From the NCBI GenBank assembly GCA_963695225.1, contig OY968762.1:288001-352000 (forward strand): DNA of 64,000 nucleotides, read 5' to 3'. The notes beneath the pieces were generated by a model, which was given only the letters and a program-made list of their open reading frames with translations, was not told the DNA's origin and ran no database searches. The stretch's first letter is position 1. The number at the start of each line of letters is the position of its first letter. A program made the position numbers and the translations under genes. Shown here piece by piece: positions 10,125 through 19,450 of this stretch. This stretch comes from Vulcanimicrobiota bacterium. GTDB lineage: Bacteria; Vulcanimicrobiota; Vulcanimicrobiia; Vulcanimicrobiales; Vulcanimicrobiaceae.

Positions 10125-11252
10125 ATGGAGCCGAGCGAAAGCGAGAGCGTCGATCTGCGCTCGACCGCAGCGTACCGCTACGAGTTGCCGCCCGAACTGA
10201 TCGCGCACGTTCCGGCGGAACCGCGCGACGCCGCGCGCCTGCTGCACCTCGAGGCCGGCGGCACGCTCGCCGACCGCACGTTCTCCGACTTCCCGGGGCT
10301 CTTGCGCAACGGCGACGTGCTCGTAGTGAACGAGACGCGCGTGATCAAGGCGCGCTTGATCGGAACGCGCGAACACGGCGGCGGTGCTGCGGAGATCTTC
10401 TTGCTGCGGCCGACCGACCGCGAGCGCTACGACGGAAGCGCGCGCACGTTCGAAGCGCTCGTTCGCCCGGGCCGTCGCCTACGCGCCGGCGCGCGCGTCC
10501 GCTTCGGCGAGCTCGCGGTCGCGGAGATCCTCTCGGTAGCGCCGGACGGCGTGCGAACGGTCCGCTTCGAGTGCGAGGGCTCGCTCGACGGCGTGCTGGA
10601 GCGTTTCGGCCGAATGCCGCTCCCGCCGTACGTCGGCCCCGGCGACGCCGCCCGTGACGCCCGCTACCAAACGATCTTCGGCCGCGTCCCCGGCAGCGTC
10701 GCGGCGCCGACCGCCTCGCTGCATTTCACGGAAGCGACGTTCGCGGCGTTGGCGGAACGCGGCGTCGAGGTCGTCCCGCTCGTCCTCGACGTCGGCCTCG
10801 GCACGTTCAAGCCGATGGAAGCCGGCTCGATCGACGCCCACCACATGCATTTCGAGCACTACGAGATCCCCGCCGAAACCGCGCGCGCGATCGCCGCCGC
10901 CCGCCGCACTGGCCGCCGCGTGATCGCCGCCGGCACAACTGTTCTGCGCGCCCTAGAGAGCGCGGCAGAAGAAGGCGGCGTCCGCGCCGGCCACGGCGAG
11001 ACCAACCTCTTCATAACCCCCGGCTTCAAGTTCCGCATCGCCGACGCACTGCTGACGAACTTCCACCTTCCCGCCTCAACGCTGCTCGTGCTCGTCAGCG
11101 CCTTCGCAGGCTACGAGCGAACCCGCGCCGCCTACGCGCACGCTATCGCCGAACGCTACCGTTTTTTTTCCTTCGGCGACGCGATGCTCATCGAGCGCAC
11201 CCCCGATCGCCGCCTGGGCCGGCACTCCGTTCCCGCAGGTCCTGCAGCATGA
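10125..11252 (+). CDS. queA: tRNA preQ1(34) SAM ribosyltransferase-isomerase
   Basis: YELPPELIA, VNETRVIKARL, PLPPY, YQT, GSVAAPTA, TNFHLP, YRFFSFGDAM; start moved to ATG 10125. Confidence 0.95.
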   Translation: MEPSESESVDLRSTAAYRYELPPELIAHVPAEPRDAARLLHLEAGGTLADRTFSDFPGLLRNGDVLVVNETRVIKARLIGTREHGGGAAEIFLLRPTDRERYDGSARTFEALVRPGRRLRAGARVRFGELAVAEILSVAPDGVRTVRFECEGSLDGVLERFGRMPLPPYVGPGDAARDARYQTIFGRVPGSVAAPTASLHFTEATFAALAERGVEVVPLVLDVGLGTFKPMEAGSIDAHHMHFEHYEIPAETARAIAAARRTGRRVIAAGTTVLRALESAAEEGGVRAGHGETNLFITPGFKFRIADALLTNFHLPASTLLVLVSAFAGYERTRAAYAHAIAERYRFFSFGDAMLIERTPDRRLGRHSVPAGPAA

Positions 11253-11498
11253 CCTGCGCGCCGTCTACGTGATGTTCCCGGCCGGCTTCGACCAACTGCC
11301 GTACTTTCACGTTACCGATATGCCGCCGTCGGAGGCCGGGCGATCTTTAGGACCTACGCACAGCTAGGAGGGCCCTTGGCACTGCCGAAAGCAACCGGCT
11401 GCTGCCACGCCGGTTCTCGCCGGGGGCGGCGTCTGCGCAGCCGGCAGACCGATGGGGAATCCAAGTAGACAGTCATCCTCGCACTGAGGTGGAACGTC

Positions 11499-13742
11499 AT
11501 GGGGCTTCGCGCGGGTTCGCGCCTCGTTCGCAGGATTCTCGTCGCAGCGTTGCTCGCGGCGCCCGCCCTGTCGCTCCTCGGCGTTCCCGCAAGCGCTGAG
11601 CCCCAAGCACCGGCGTGGCTCACGGTGCGCAAGAGCATCGCCGTCGTCGGTTACCAAAAACCCGATGGTACGTTTGCCGAGTACGGCACGGGATTCTGTT
11701 TCGAATCCGATGCCGAGCAATCGAAATTCATTACCGATTTGCATGTGGTCGAGGCGCCGCGCGAAGGCGGCCTGAAGCTCGTGGTCCGCTTGCCGGGCTC
11801 GTCCTCTGCTCAGCCCGCGACGATCTTAGATCAACGGAAGGAGTACGACTTAGCCGTCGTCTCGATCAAGGTCGGCAATGTTCCGCCGCTGCACTTCAGC
11901 CCCGGCGCGCCGGAGCAGACCGATAGAATCGCGATCGGCGGCTACCCGTTCCTCGAAGCGGTCATGCTCGGAAACTTGGCCGGCCAATCTGCGCAAGTAG
12001 CAGAACTCCGGCAGGCCAACGTCTCCCCCGCAGTCCACATGGGCATGGTCAGCTCGTTCGCCGATCCTTTCCTCGCCTTCGATTTGGAAGGTAGCCGCGC
12101 CGATGAGGGCAACAGCGGCGGTCCCATCTTCGACCCGAAGACGGGCCTCGTCTACGGCGTCATCGAGGGCTTCATCACGCACGACGCCGCTGCGGCAAGC
12201 CACGGCTCGACGCAATCGAGTGCCGACATCAACATGGCGTGGCTCGGGAAGTATGCCGTCGCGCTGATTCAGAACGCCCTCCCTAGCGGAACGAACAACC
12301 CTGGACCATCCGGCATCACCCGGACCGGCGCGGTGCTCGACAACCTCAGCCTCCTCCTCGCAGCCGCAAAGAACGGGAATGCAGACGCTCAGAACAAGGT
12401 CGCGCTCCTGTATCGCTCCGGCACCGGCGGCGTGCCGCAAGATTACGCGCAGGCCCTGCATTGGTTCCAAGCCGCAGCCGACCAGAATAACGCGAACGCC
12501 CAAGTCAACCTCGGCCTCATGTATGACGACGGCCACGGCGTGCCGCAAGATTACGGCCAGGCGATGCAGTGGTACCAGCGGGCCGCTGCGCGAGGCAATG
12601 CGATCGCCCAAAACAACATCGGCTTCCTGTACGAGAACGGCCACGGAGTGCCCCAAGACTACGCGCAGGCGCTGCATTGGTACAGGCTCGCGGCCGATCA
12701 GGGCCAGAGATCCGCGCAGTACAATATCGGCACGCTGTACGACGACGGCCACGGCGTAGCGCAGGATTACGCGCAGGCCATGCATTGGTACCAACTGTCC
12801 GCCGCGCAGGGCGACGCGAGCGCGCAGGACAATATCGGCTTTCTCTACGACGACGGCCATGGAGTAGCACAGGATTACGCGCAAGCCATGCATTGGTACC
12901 AACTGTCCGCCGCACAAGGCAATGCGAGTGCGCAGTACAATATCGGCATGCTCTACGACGACGGCCACGGCGTAGCGCAGGATTACGCGCAGGCCATGCA
13001 TTGGTACCAACTGGCCGCCGCGCAAGGCGATGCGAGCGCCCAAAACAATATCGGCTTTCTCTACGAGAAAGGCCGCGGCGTAACGCAAGATTACGCGCAG
13101 GCCATGCATTGGTTCCAGCTCGCCGCCGCACAAGGCGACGACGGCGCGCAGTACAATATCGGCGACCTGTACTATTACGGTCGCGGCGTGCCCCAAGACT
13201 ACGTGCAGGCAATGCGCTGGTATCAGAGCGCCGCCGCGAAGAGCAACAGCGACGCTCAGTACAGCATCGGAATCCTCTACAACTACGGCTACGGCGTGCC
13301 GCAAGATTACGCGCAGGCCATGCATTGGTACAAACTCGCCGCCTCGCAAGGCAACGAGGACGCGCAGTACAGCATCGGCGACCTCTACTACTACGGTCGC
13401 GGCGTGCCCCGAGACTACGGGCAGGCGATGCGCTGGTATCAGAGCGCCGCCGCGAAGAACAACAGCGACGCTCAATACAGCATCGGCATTCTGTACGAAT
13501 ACGGCTACGGCGTTTCGCGCGATTACGCTTCGGCGCTGCGCTGGTTCAGGCTCGCCGCGGACCAGGAAAACGGGGACGCCGAGTATAGCCTCGGCATCGT
13601 CTACGAATACGGCCGCGGAGTGCCGCGGGACTACGCCCAAGCTCTGCACTGGTACAAACTCGCGGCCGGACATGGCGACAAGAACGCGGCGGAGGCCGTC
13701 AGGCGCCTCGAGTCGCAGCCTGCCCGGCCGGCCCCACCCTAA
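11499..13742 (+). CDS. Exported trypsin-like serine protease with 12 Sel1 repeats
   Basis: Signal peptide; triad ITDLHVV / YDLAVV / GNSGGP; twelve ~36-aa AQxxxGxxYxxGxGVxxDYxxAxxWyxxAA units. Confidence 0.9.
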   Translation: MGLRAGSRLVRRILVAALLAAPALSLLGVPASAEPQAPAWLTVRKSIAVVGYQKPDGTFAEYGTGFCFESDAEQSKFITDLHVVEAPREGGLKLVVRLPGSSSAQPATILDQRKEYDLAVVSIKVGNVPPLHFSPGAPEQTDRIAIGGYPFLEAVMLGNLAGQSAQVAELRQANVSPAVHMGMVSSFADPFLAFDLEGSRADEGNSGGPIFDPKTGLVYGVIEGFITHDAAAASHGSTQSSADINMAWLGKYAVALIQNALPSGTNNPGPSGITRTGAVLDNLSLLLAAAKNGNADAQNKVALLYRSGTGGVPQDYAQALHWFQAAADQNNANAQVNLGLMYDDGHGVPQDYGQAMQWYQRAAARGNAIAQNNIGFLYENGHGVPQDYAQALHWYRLAADQGQRSAQYNIGTLYDDGHGVAQDYAQAMHWYQLSAAQGDASAQDNIGFLYDDGHGVAQDYAQAMHWYQLSAAQGNASAQYNIGMLYDDGHGVAQDYAQAMHWYQLAAAQGDASAQNNIGFLYEKGRGVTQDYAQAMHWFQLAAAQGDDGAQYNIGDLYYYGRGVPQDYVQAMRWYQSAAAKSNSDAQYSIGILYNYGYGVPQDYAQAMHWYKLAASQGNEDAQYSIGDLYYYGRGVPRDYGQAMRWYQSAAAKNNSDAQYSIGILYEYGYGVSRDYASALRWFRLAADQENGDAEYSLGIVYEYGRGVPRDYAQALHWYKLAAGHGDKNAAEAVRRLESQPARPAPP
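12378..13680 (+). repeat. 108-nt coding tandem repeat (Sel1 units)
   Basis: Recurrent gattacgcgcaggccatgcattggta at ~108-nt period inside the CDS. Confidence 0.9.
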
Positions 13743-13821
13743 AGCGCGCGTCCGGTCGCAGGCGCACGCCGGCATGGGAGCTGCGGAAATGGCCCGAAGA
13801 ACGGTGCGGAGGTACCGAACT

Positions 13822-16425
13822 TTGCGTCCGCGCTCGATGCCCTACCTCCTCGCGGCGGCGATCCTTGCTCTTGCCGGCGTCATTCCGCGCCCCGGCGGAG
13901 CGGCGATTCGTTATGCGCCGCAAGCGGCGCCGCAGATCGCTCCGCTGACGCTCGAAATCGGCTTCGGGGGCGTCGTGACGCCGATCGCGCCGGAACAGCC
14001 GCCCTCGAGCGCTCGCGCCGGCGCGACGGGCATCGCCGCCGGCAAGAAGCGGCCGGAACTGTGTCCGAATTCCGGCGGCGAATTCCGGGTCACGCCCGAC
14101 GTTGCCGAAATGCAGGGCGCGTTCTTTTGCATCGGCGCGTCGAGCGCCGGGCTCAACGTCCACTTCGATTCCGACCTTCCGTTCACCACGGTGACGCCGC
14201 TGAAGTGCGTCGCGCTGCACGGCCCCCAGACGGCGGCCGGGACGGTCGTCACCTTCGTCGCCCGGTCCGGACGCAGGGTCGGGGACCACGTCGTTTACGA
14301 CGGCGGTCGCGCGCAGTGCGATCTCGGGGTCGCGTTCGCCTACGCGTACTCGGTCGAGCGGCTCAACGTCGCACGCAGCGTCGGCCCCGGGAAGAGCGTC
14401 GCGAGCCGCGTCGTGACGATTCCGTGGAAGCAGTTGCAGCCGGGCTCGCAGACGGCGAGCATCATGGTCGCCGTCGAGGTCTGCGCGTTGCACGACGACT
14501 GCACGACCGATCAGCTTCAAGTCGAAATCCCCGTCCGCGTTCAGGCCGGCGGCGCCTCGCTCGCGCTCGCGTACTCGCCGTACGTCAAGAACGCGGGCCC
14601 GACGCCTGCGCCGCAAGCGACGCCCGGGCGGTATTATCGGATCGGCGTCGACGCCGCTTGGAGTTGGGACGAGCGCAGCCTGCTCATGACTTCGTTCGCT
14701 CAGGATCAAAGCACGGTCGCCACGCAGCGCGCTCTAGCGCAAGCGCTCGGCATCTCCCCGCTCGCCGCACCCTCGAACGTCCGGATGGCGATCGCGCAGA
14801 CGCTGCAGACAAGCGGTCAGCCGTACTTCGCGTTTCAATCGCCGAGCGGTTCTCTAAACGATGTAAGCCTGAAGCCAACCTTCGACATGCAGCCCTACTC
14901 GCTTTCGAAGCTCGGCAGCTTGGCCTCGGGGTATCTGTACGCCTTCGACTCGCAGCCGCTCAAGATCGCCGCCGCATACGGGAATCAGGCGCAGGGCCGC
15001 TATTCCGGTGCGGAGATCGTGACGCTGAGCCTTCCGACGCCGCGGCCGAGCCCGGAACCTTCGCCGCGCACGTTACCGCCGCAGATTAACAAGACCGGCG
15101 CGATGAACCGGTTGCCGCTGCAACCGCCGCCGCCGCCCGCGCCGATCGTCGAGTCCGATACGGCAAACGATCCGCCGCTGGTCGCGTCGCTTTCGAATTC
15201 GTACGTCGGCTCGGCCGGGACGCGCGACTCGGTCGACGCGTATGGACTCCGGGCGCACGTGTACCGCAATGCGACCGCCAGCTACACCGGCTATCACGCG
15301 CTGACCGTCGATCTGTTCGGCGAGCTGCAACACGACCTGCAGAACCCGTGGCCTTCCCCGCCGGCGAGCGCAAAGGCGCAGTTCGCCGGTGAGTCGGCGA
15401 GCTTCACGTCATCCTCGGCGGGCGGAGGAGAGTCGTTCTGGCAGTTGCGAGAGACCGTCGGCGCGCAGATCGACGACCCGAACTTCTCGCCGCGCGCCGG
15501 TGCCATCACGTGGCTGGCGCCGCTCGACGGCCCGGTCGTCCACCTTGCGGCTTCGGGAGCGGTTGGCCCGCGCGCGCGCTACTACGCGCTCGACCTGTTC
15601 GGTTTCCGCCTCACGAACACGGAGCGAGACGTCGCGACGCAGGAAGGCGTGCAACTGACGGCTCCGCTCTTTTCTGCGCCCGGCTGGCTCCTGACCGGGG
15701 GCACGCAAACGCAGGTCGTCTCCGACCGCATGGCGGCGCTGGAGCAGGGGCTCGTGGGAAGCTACGCCGCCGCCGTCGCGGAGGTCATACCGACGCCCGG
15801 CCCGAGCGGCATTGCAGCCACCTCGCCGCGGCGCGCGCAGCATCTCGACAACGTGTCGCTGCAATCGCCGATGCTCGCGCTCTTCGGCGCCCGCGCGCCG
15901 CTGGACGTTCAGTACCGTTTCGTCGCCGGCTACAACGCCGGCAACGTGACCGCGTGCAACAGCAGCGGGAGCGGGAAGGCGCTCACCTACCAGTGCCTGC
16001 TGCAGCCGACGAACCACCTCGTCGGCGGGCTGTTCCTGCAGATCGACAAGCTCGGCATCGGCGTGACCGATACGCCCGCGCTTTCGAGCAACGTCGGTTC
16101 GAGCGGCGCGGCGCGCAACGTTGGGGCGAGCGGCAGCCTGCCCGGCGCGGTCACGGCGTTCCTGACGTACGCCGGCTGCCCCGCACTCTCGGCCGCATAC
16201 GCAAACGCCGCTTTCCCGCAGGGCATTCCGCTTCCGCAGCAAGGTAGCACGATCTCGGCCGAGATGGACTACCCGCTGCGCGTGCGGGCGGCGACGTTCG
16301 ACGTGGGGCTTGGCTACTTCAACGAGCAGCCTGCGACGCTCGGCGTGCCGGGTTCCGCCGGCTTCTTCGCAACGCTGCGCTTGGGCGCTGCGACCGCGCG
16401 CCCCGGCTCACGCTGCGCCTCCTGA
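13822..16425 (+). CDS. Large exported hypothetical protein, possible outer-membrane beta-barrel C-terminus
   Basis: GGAGGT SD before TTG 13822 (alternative ATG 13837); signal peptide; Pro-rich linkers; beta-strand-like C-terminal half. Confidence 0.65.
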   Translation: MRPRSMPYLLAAAILALAGVIPRPGGAAIRYAPQAAPQIAPLTLEIGFGGVVTPIAPEQPPSSARAGATGIAAGKKRPELCPNSGGEFRVTPDVAEMQGAFFCIGASSAGLNVHFDSDLPFTTVTPLKCVALHGPQTAAGTVVTFVARSGRRVGDHVVYDGGRAQCDLGVAFAYAYSVERLNVARSVGPGKSVASRVVTIPWKQLQPGSQTASIMVAVEVCALHDDCTTDQLQVEIPVRVQAGGASLALAYSPYVKNAGPTPAPQATPGRYYRIGVDAAWSWDERSLLMTSFAQDQSTVATQRALAQALGISPLAAPSNVRMAIAQTLQTSGQPYFAFQSPSGSLNDVSLKPTFDMQPYSLSKLGSLASGYLYAFDSQPLKIAAAYGNQAQGRYSGAEIVTLSLPTPRPSPEPSPRTLPPQINKTGAMNRLPLQPPPPPAPIVESDTANDPPLVASLSNSYVGSAGTRDSVDAYGLRAHVYRNATASYTGYHALTVDLFGELQHDLQNPWPSPPASAKAQFAGESASFTSSSAGGGESFWQLRETVGAQIDDPNFSPRAGAITWLAPLDGPVVHLAASGAVGPRARYYALDLFGFRLTNTERDVATQEGVQLTAPLFSAPGWLLTGGTQTQVVSDRMAALEQGLVGSYAAAVAEVIPTPGPSGIAATSPRRAQHLDNVSLQSPMLALFGARAPLDVQYRFVAGYNAGNVTACNSSGSGKALTYQCLLQPTNHLVGGLFLQIDKLGIGVTDTPALSSNVGSSGAARNVGASGSLPGAVTAFLTYAGCPALSAAYANAAFPQGIPLPQQGSTISAEMDYPLRVRAATFDVGLGYFNEQPATLGVPGSAGFFATLRLGAATARPGSRCAS

Positions 16426-16463
16426 CCGCCCGGAGAAAGGGCCCGCCGCGTTCGGCGGTTTCT

Positions 16464-17591
16464 CTAGTCGATCCGCTTGCGGAAGCGCAGCACGGCCGTC
16501 GTGAAGACGGTGATGCCGAGCAGCGCCAAGAGGCCGATCTGGCGCCAGAGATACTCGACGCCGACGCCCTTGATGATGATGCCGCGCACGATCGTCAGAA
16601 AGTACGTGAGCGGGACGAAATACGAGAGCGTCCGCAAGCCCGGCGGCATCGCGGCGACGGGGAAGATGAAGCCGGAGAGCAGCATGCTCGGGATCAGGAA
16701 GATCTGAATGAGCTGCGTCGCTTGGATGTACGTCTTCGCGACGGTCGAGACGAGCGTCCCGAGGCCGAGCGTCGTGAAGAAGAAGACGAATACCGTCAGG
16801 TAGAGCAGCACGAGGCTCCCCGCGACGGGGACGCCGAACCAGAAGATCGCCAGCAGCAGGATCAGCGTGACGTTGATGTAGCCGATCGTCATCAGCGGGA
16901 GCATCTTGCCGAGCATCAGCTCCCACGGCTGGATCGGGCTGACGACGAGCTGCTCGAGCGTCCCGAGCTCGCGTTCGCGGACGATCGTGCTCATGCTCAG
17001 GAACGTCATCGTGAACTGCATGACGAGCGCGAGGACGCCCGGCACGATGAAGACTTCCTGGCGGAGCGCCGGGTTGTACCAGGCGCGCGTGCGGACGTCG
17101 ACGCCGATCTTCGGCGTGGAGAGGCCGTTCATTTGCAGCTCCTTGACGACCATGCCGCGGGTCACGCTGCTGCCGATCGCCTGCGCGACGGAGAGGCTCG
17201 TGCGAGCGGCCGTCGCGTCGGAGGCGTCGACGGCGACCATCACCTGCGGCGCCTTCTTCTCGTGCAGCAGAACGGCGTAATCCGGCGGGATCACGATGCC
17301 CGCGAGCGCGTCCCCGCTTTCGATGCGGCGGACGACGCCCTGCATGTTCGTCGCGCGGTATTGCACCGAGAAGTACTGCGAGTTCACGAACGCCGCCAAC
17401 AACCGGCGGCTTTCGGCCGTGCGCGAGAGATCCCACACGACCGTCGGCTGATAGCGGATGTCGCTCGAGAGATAGCCGTAGAGGATCACTTGGACGAGCG
17501 GCATGAGCATCGTTGCGACGACCGTCCGCCGGTCGCGGAAGAACTGCGTGTACTCCTTGAGGGCGATCGTCCACATCCGCCGCCAGTTCAT
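16464..17591 (-). CDS. ABC-2 type exporter permease
   Basis: MNWRRMWTIALKE, RERELGTLEQLVVSP, LSGFIFP; several TM helices. Confidence 0.92.
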   Translation of the reverse strand: MNWRRMWTIALKEYTQFFRDRRTVVATMLMPLVQVILYGYLSSDIRYQPTVVWDLSRTAESRRLLAAFVNSQYFSVQYRATNMQGVVRRIESGDALAGIVIPPDYAVLLHEKKAPQVMVAVDASDATAARTSLSVAQAIGSSVTRGMVVKELQMNGLSTPKIGVDVRTRAWYNPALRQEVFIVPGVLALVMQFTMTFLSMSTIVRERELGTLEQLVVSPIQPWELMLGKMLPLMTIGYINVTLILLLAIFWFGVPVAGSLVLLYLTVFVFFFTTLGLGTLVSTVAKTYIQATQLIQIFLIPSMLLSGFIFPVAAMPPGLRTLSYFVPLTYFLTIVRGIIIKGVGVEYLWRQIGLLALLGITVFTTAVLRFRKRID

Positions 17592-17592
17592 G

Positions 17593-18537
17593 CTACGGCG
17601 CTCCCGCGGGGTTCGCGGCCTTGACGAGCCCGGCGAAGACGTCTTCGAGCGAAGGCGTGACCGGCCGCAGATCGGGGACGCGGATGCCGCGTTCGTCGAG
17701 GAAGCGCTGCAGCTGCGGGAGATCCTCGGCACGTTCGACGGTGACGTGCAGCGAGGAGCCGTAGAGGGAGGCGCTGCGGACGCACGGCAGGTCTTCGACC
17801 GTATCGAGCAGTGCGACGTTCTCCGGCGCGACGATCTCGACGGTGACGCCGGAATCCGGCGCGTGCTTGAGCGCTGCGGGGGAGCCGCGCGCGACGATGC
17901 GCCCGTTATAGATGAACGCGAGCCGGTTGCAATGCTCGGCTTCGTCGAGGTAATGCGTCGTCACCATCACCGTCGTGCCTTCGTCGGCGAGGCCGACGAT
18001 CAAATCCCAGAACTCGCGGCGCGAGACCGGGTCGACGCCGGCGGTCGGCTCGTCGAGGAAGAGCATCTGCGGCCGATGGATCAGCGCGCACGCGAGCGCG
18101 AGCCGTTTGCGGATGCCGCCCGGAAGGGCGCCCGCGAGTTCGCGGCGGCGCTCGGTCAAGTCGACGCGCGCCATCCACGTTTCGACGGCCTCGCTTTGCG
18201 CCGCGCCGTAGAAGCCGAACAGCCCGGCGAAAAAGCGCAGGTGCTCTTCGACCGTCAGATCGCGCCAGAGGCTCGAGCCCTGCGACATGTAGCCGATGCG
18301 CAGCTTGACGGATTCGGGATCGCGCGCGACGTCGTAGCCGAGGACTTCGGCCCTTCCCGACGTCGGCTCGAGGACGCCGCAGAGCATGCGGATCGTCGTC
18401 GACTTCCCGGAGCCGTTCGGGCCGAGGAAGCCCCAGATCTCGCCGGCGTGGATTTCGAACGAGATGCCGTCGACGGCGACGAACGAGCCGAAGCGCCGCG
18501 TGAGCGACTCCACCTTGACGCTCGGCGCGGACGTCAT
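17593..18537 (-). CDS. ABC exporter ATP-binding protein
   Basis: GPNGSGKS, LPGG signature, LDEPTAGVDP; start MTSAPSV. Confidence 0.92.
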   Translation of the reverse strand: MTSAPSVKVESLTRRFGSFVAVDGISFEIHAGEIWGFLGPNGSGKSTTIRMLCGVLEPTSGRAEVLGYDVARDPESVKLRIGYMSQGSSLWRDLTVEEHLRFFAGLFGFYGAAQSEAVETWMARVDLTERRRELAGALPGGIRKRLALACALIHRPQMLFLDEPTAGVDPVSRREFWDLIVGLADEGTTVMVTTHYLDEAEHCNRLAFIYNGRIVARGSPAALKHAPDSGVTVEIVAPENVALLDTVEDLPCVRSASLYGSSLHVTVERAEDLPQLQRFLDERGIRVPDLRPVTPSLEDVFAGLVKAANPAGAP

Positions 18538-19448
18538 GCGATCAGCCTCGCGACGAACGTATCCTCGAGCGAGGGCGGAATCGCGCGCAGCTGCGCGTCG
18601 TCGACGCCGGCCGCCGCGAGGCGGCTCTGCAGTTCCGGGATCGCATCGGCCGAGGCGACGAGCGCGTGCAAGGCTTCGCCGAAGACTTCGATGCTGCGCA
18701 CGAGCGGATCGCTGCGCAGGGCGCGCCGCGCCTCGCCGCGCTTCGTGCAGAGGATCTCGACGACGGTCCCCTGCAGCTGCCCCTTCAGTTCGTCCGGCGT
18801 ACCGCAACTGAGGATCGAGCCGCGCGTGATGAACGCGACGCGTGTCGCGCGCTCGGCTTCGTCCATGTACGGCGTGCTGACGAAGATCGTCGTCCCCGTG
18901 CGGTTGATGCGGTAGAGGATGCGCCAGAACTCGCGCCGCGAGACCGGGTCGACGCCGGCCGTCGGCTCATCGAGCAAGATCGTCGCGGGGCTATGGATCA
19001 GCGTGCAGGCGAGCGCGAGCTTCTGCTTCATGCCGCCGGAGAGCGCCTCCGCGAGGCGTTCGCCGAACGGCGTCAGCGCGAAGTCCTCGAGCAGCGAGGC
19101 GGCGCGGGCGGCGAACTGCGCGCGCGGGACGCCGAAGATGTCGCCGTAGAAGCGAAGGTTCTCCGTGACGGAGAGGTCCGGATAGAGGCTGAAGCGCTGC
19201 GGCATGTAGCCGATCGCCGCTTGCACGCGTGCCGTGTGGCGGACGACGTCGACGCCGTCGACGAGGAGCGTTCCGGAATCGACGGCGAGCGCGCCGCAGA
19301 TCAGGCGGATGAGCGTCGTCTTCCCGGCGCCGTCCGGCCCGACGAGCGCGAGGATCTCGCCGCGCGCGACGTCGAGCGAGAGGCGATCGACCGCGACGGT
19401 CGTGCCGAAACGCCGCGTGACGCCCGAGATCTCGATCGCCTTCTCCAC
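18534..19448 (-). CDS. ABC exporter ATP-binding protein
   Basis: GPDGAGKT, LSGGMKQ, LDEPTAGVDP. Confidence 0.92.
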   Translation of the reverse strand: MEKAIEISGVTRRFGTTVAVDRLSLDVARGEILALVGPDGAGKTTLIRLICGALAVDSGTLLVDGVDVVRHTARVQAAIGYMPQRFSLYPDLSVTENLRFYGDIFGVPRAQFAARAASLLEDFALTPFGERLAEALSGGMKQKLALACTLIHSPATILLDEPTAGVDPVSRREFWRILYRINRTGTTIFVSTPYMDEAERATRVAFITRGSILSCGTPDELKGQLQGTVVEILCTKRGEARRALRSDPLVRSIEVFGEALHALVASADAIPELQSRLAAAGVDDAQLRAIPPSLEDTFVARLIA

Positions 19449-19450
19449 GG

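Noticed and set aside
12378..13680. Regular DNA repeats resembling a CRISPR array
   Set aside because: 108-nt in-frame coding units (Sel1), no unique spacers and no cas genes
11850..13775. 641-aa minus-strand ORF and many other long overlapping ORFs (e.g. 3293-4705, 4435-5940, 17503-18915, 19457-20809, 41792-43009, 57092-58360)
   Set aside because: Shadow frames of well-supported genes in high-GC DNA; Arg/Ala/Pro-rich with no motifs
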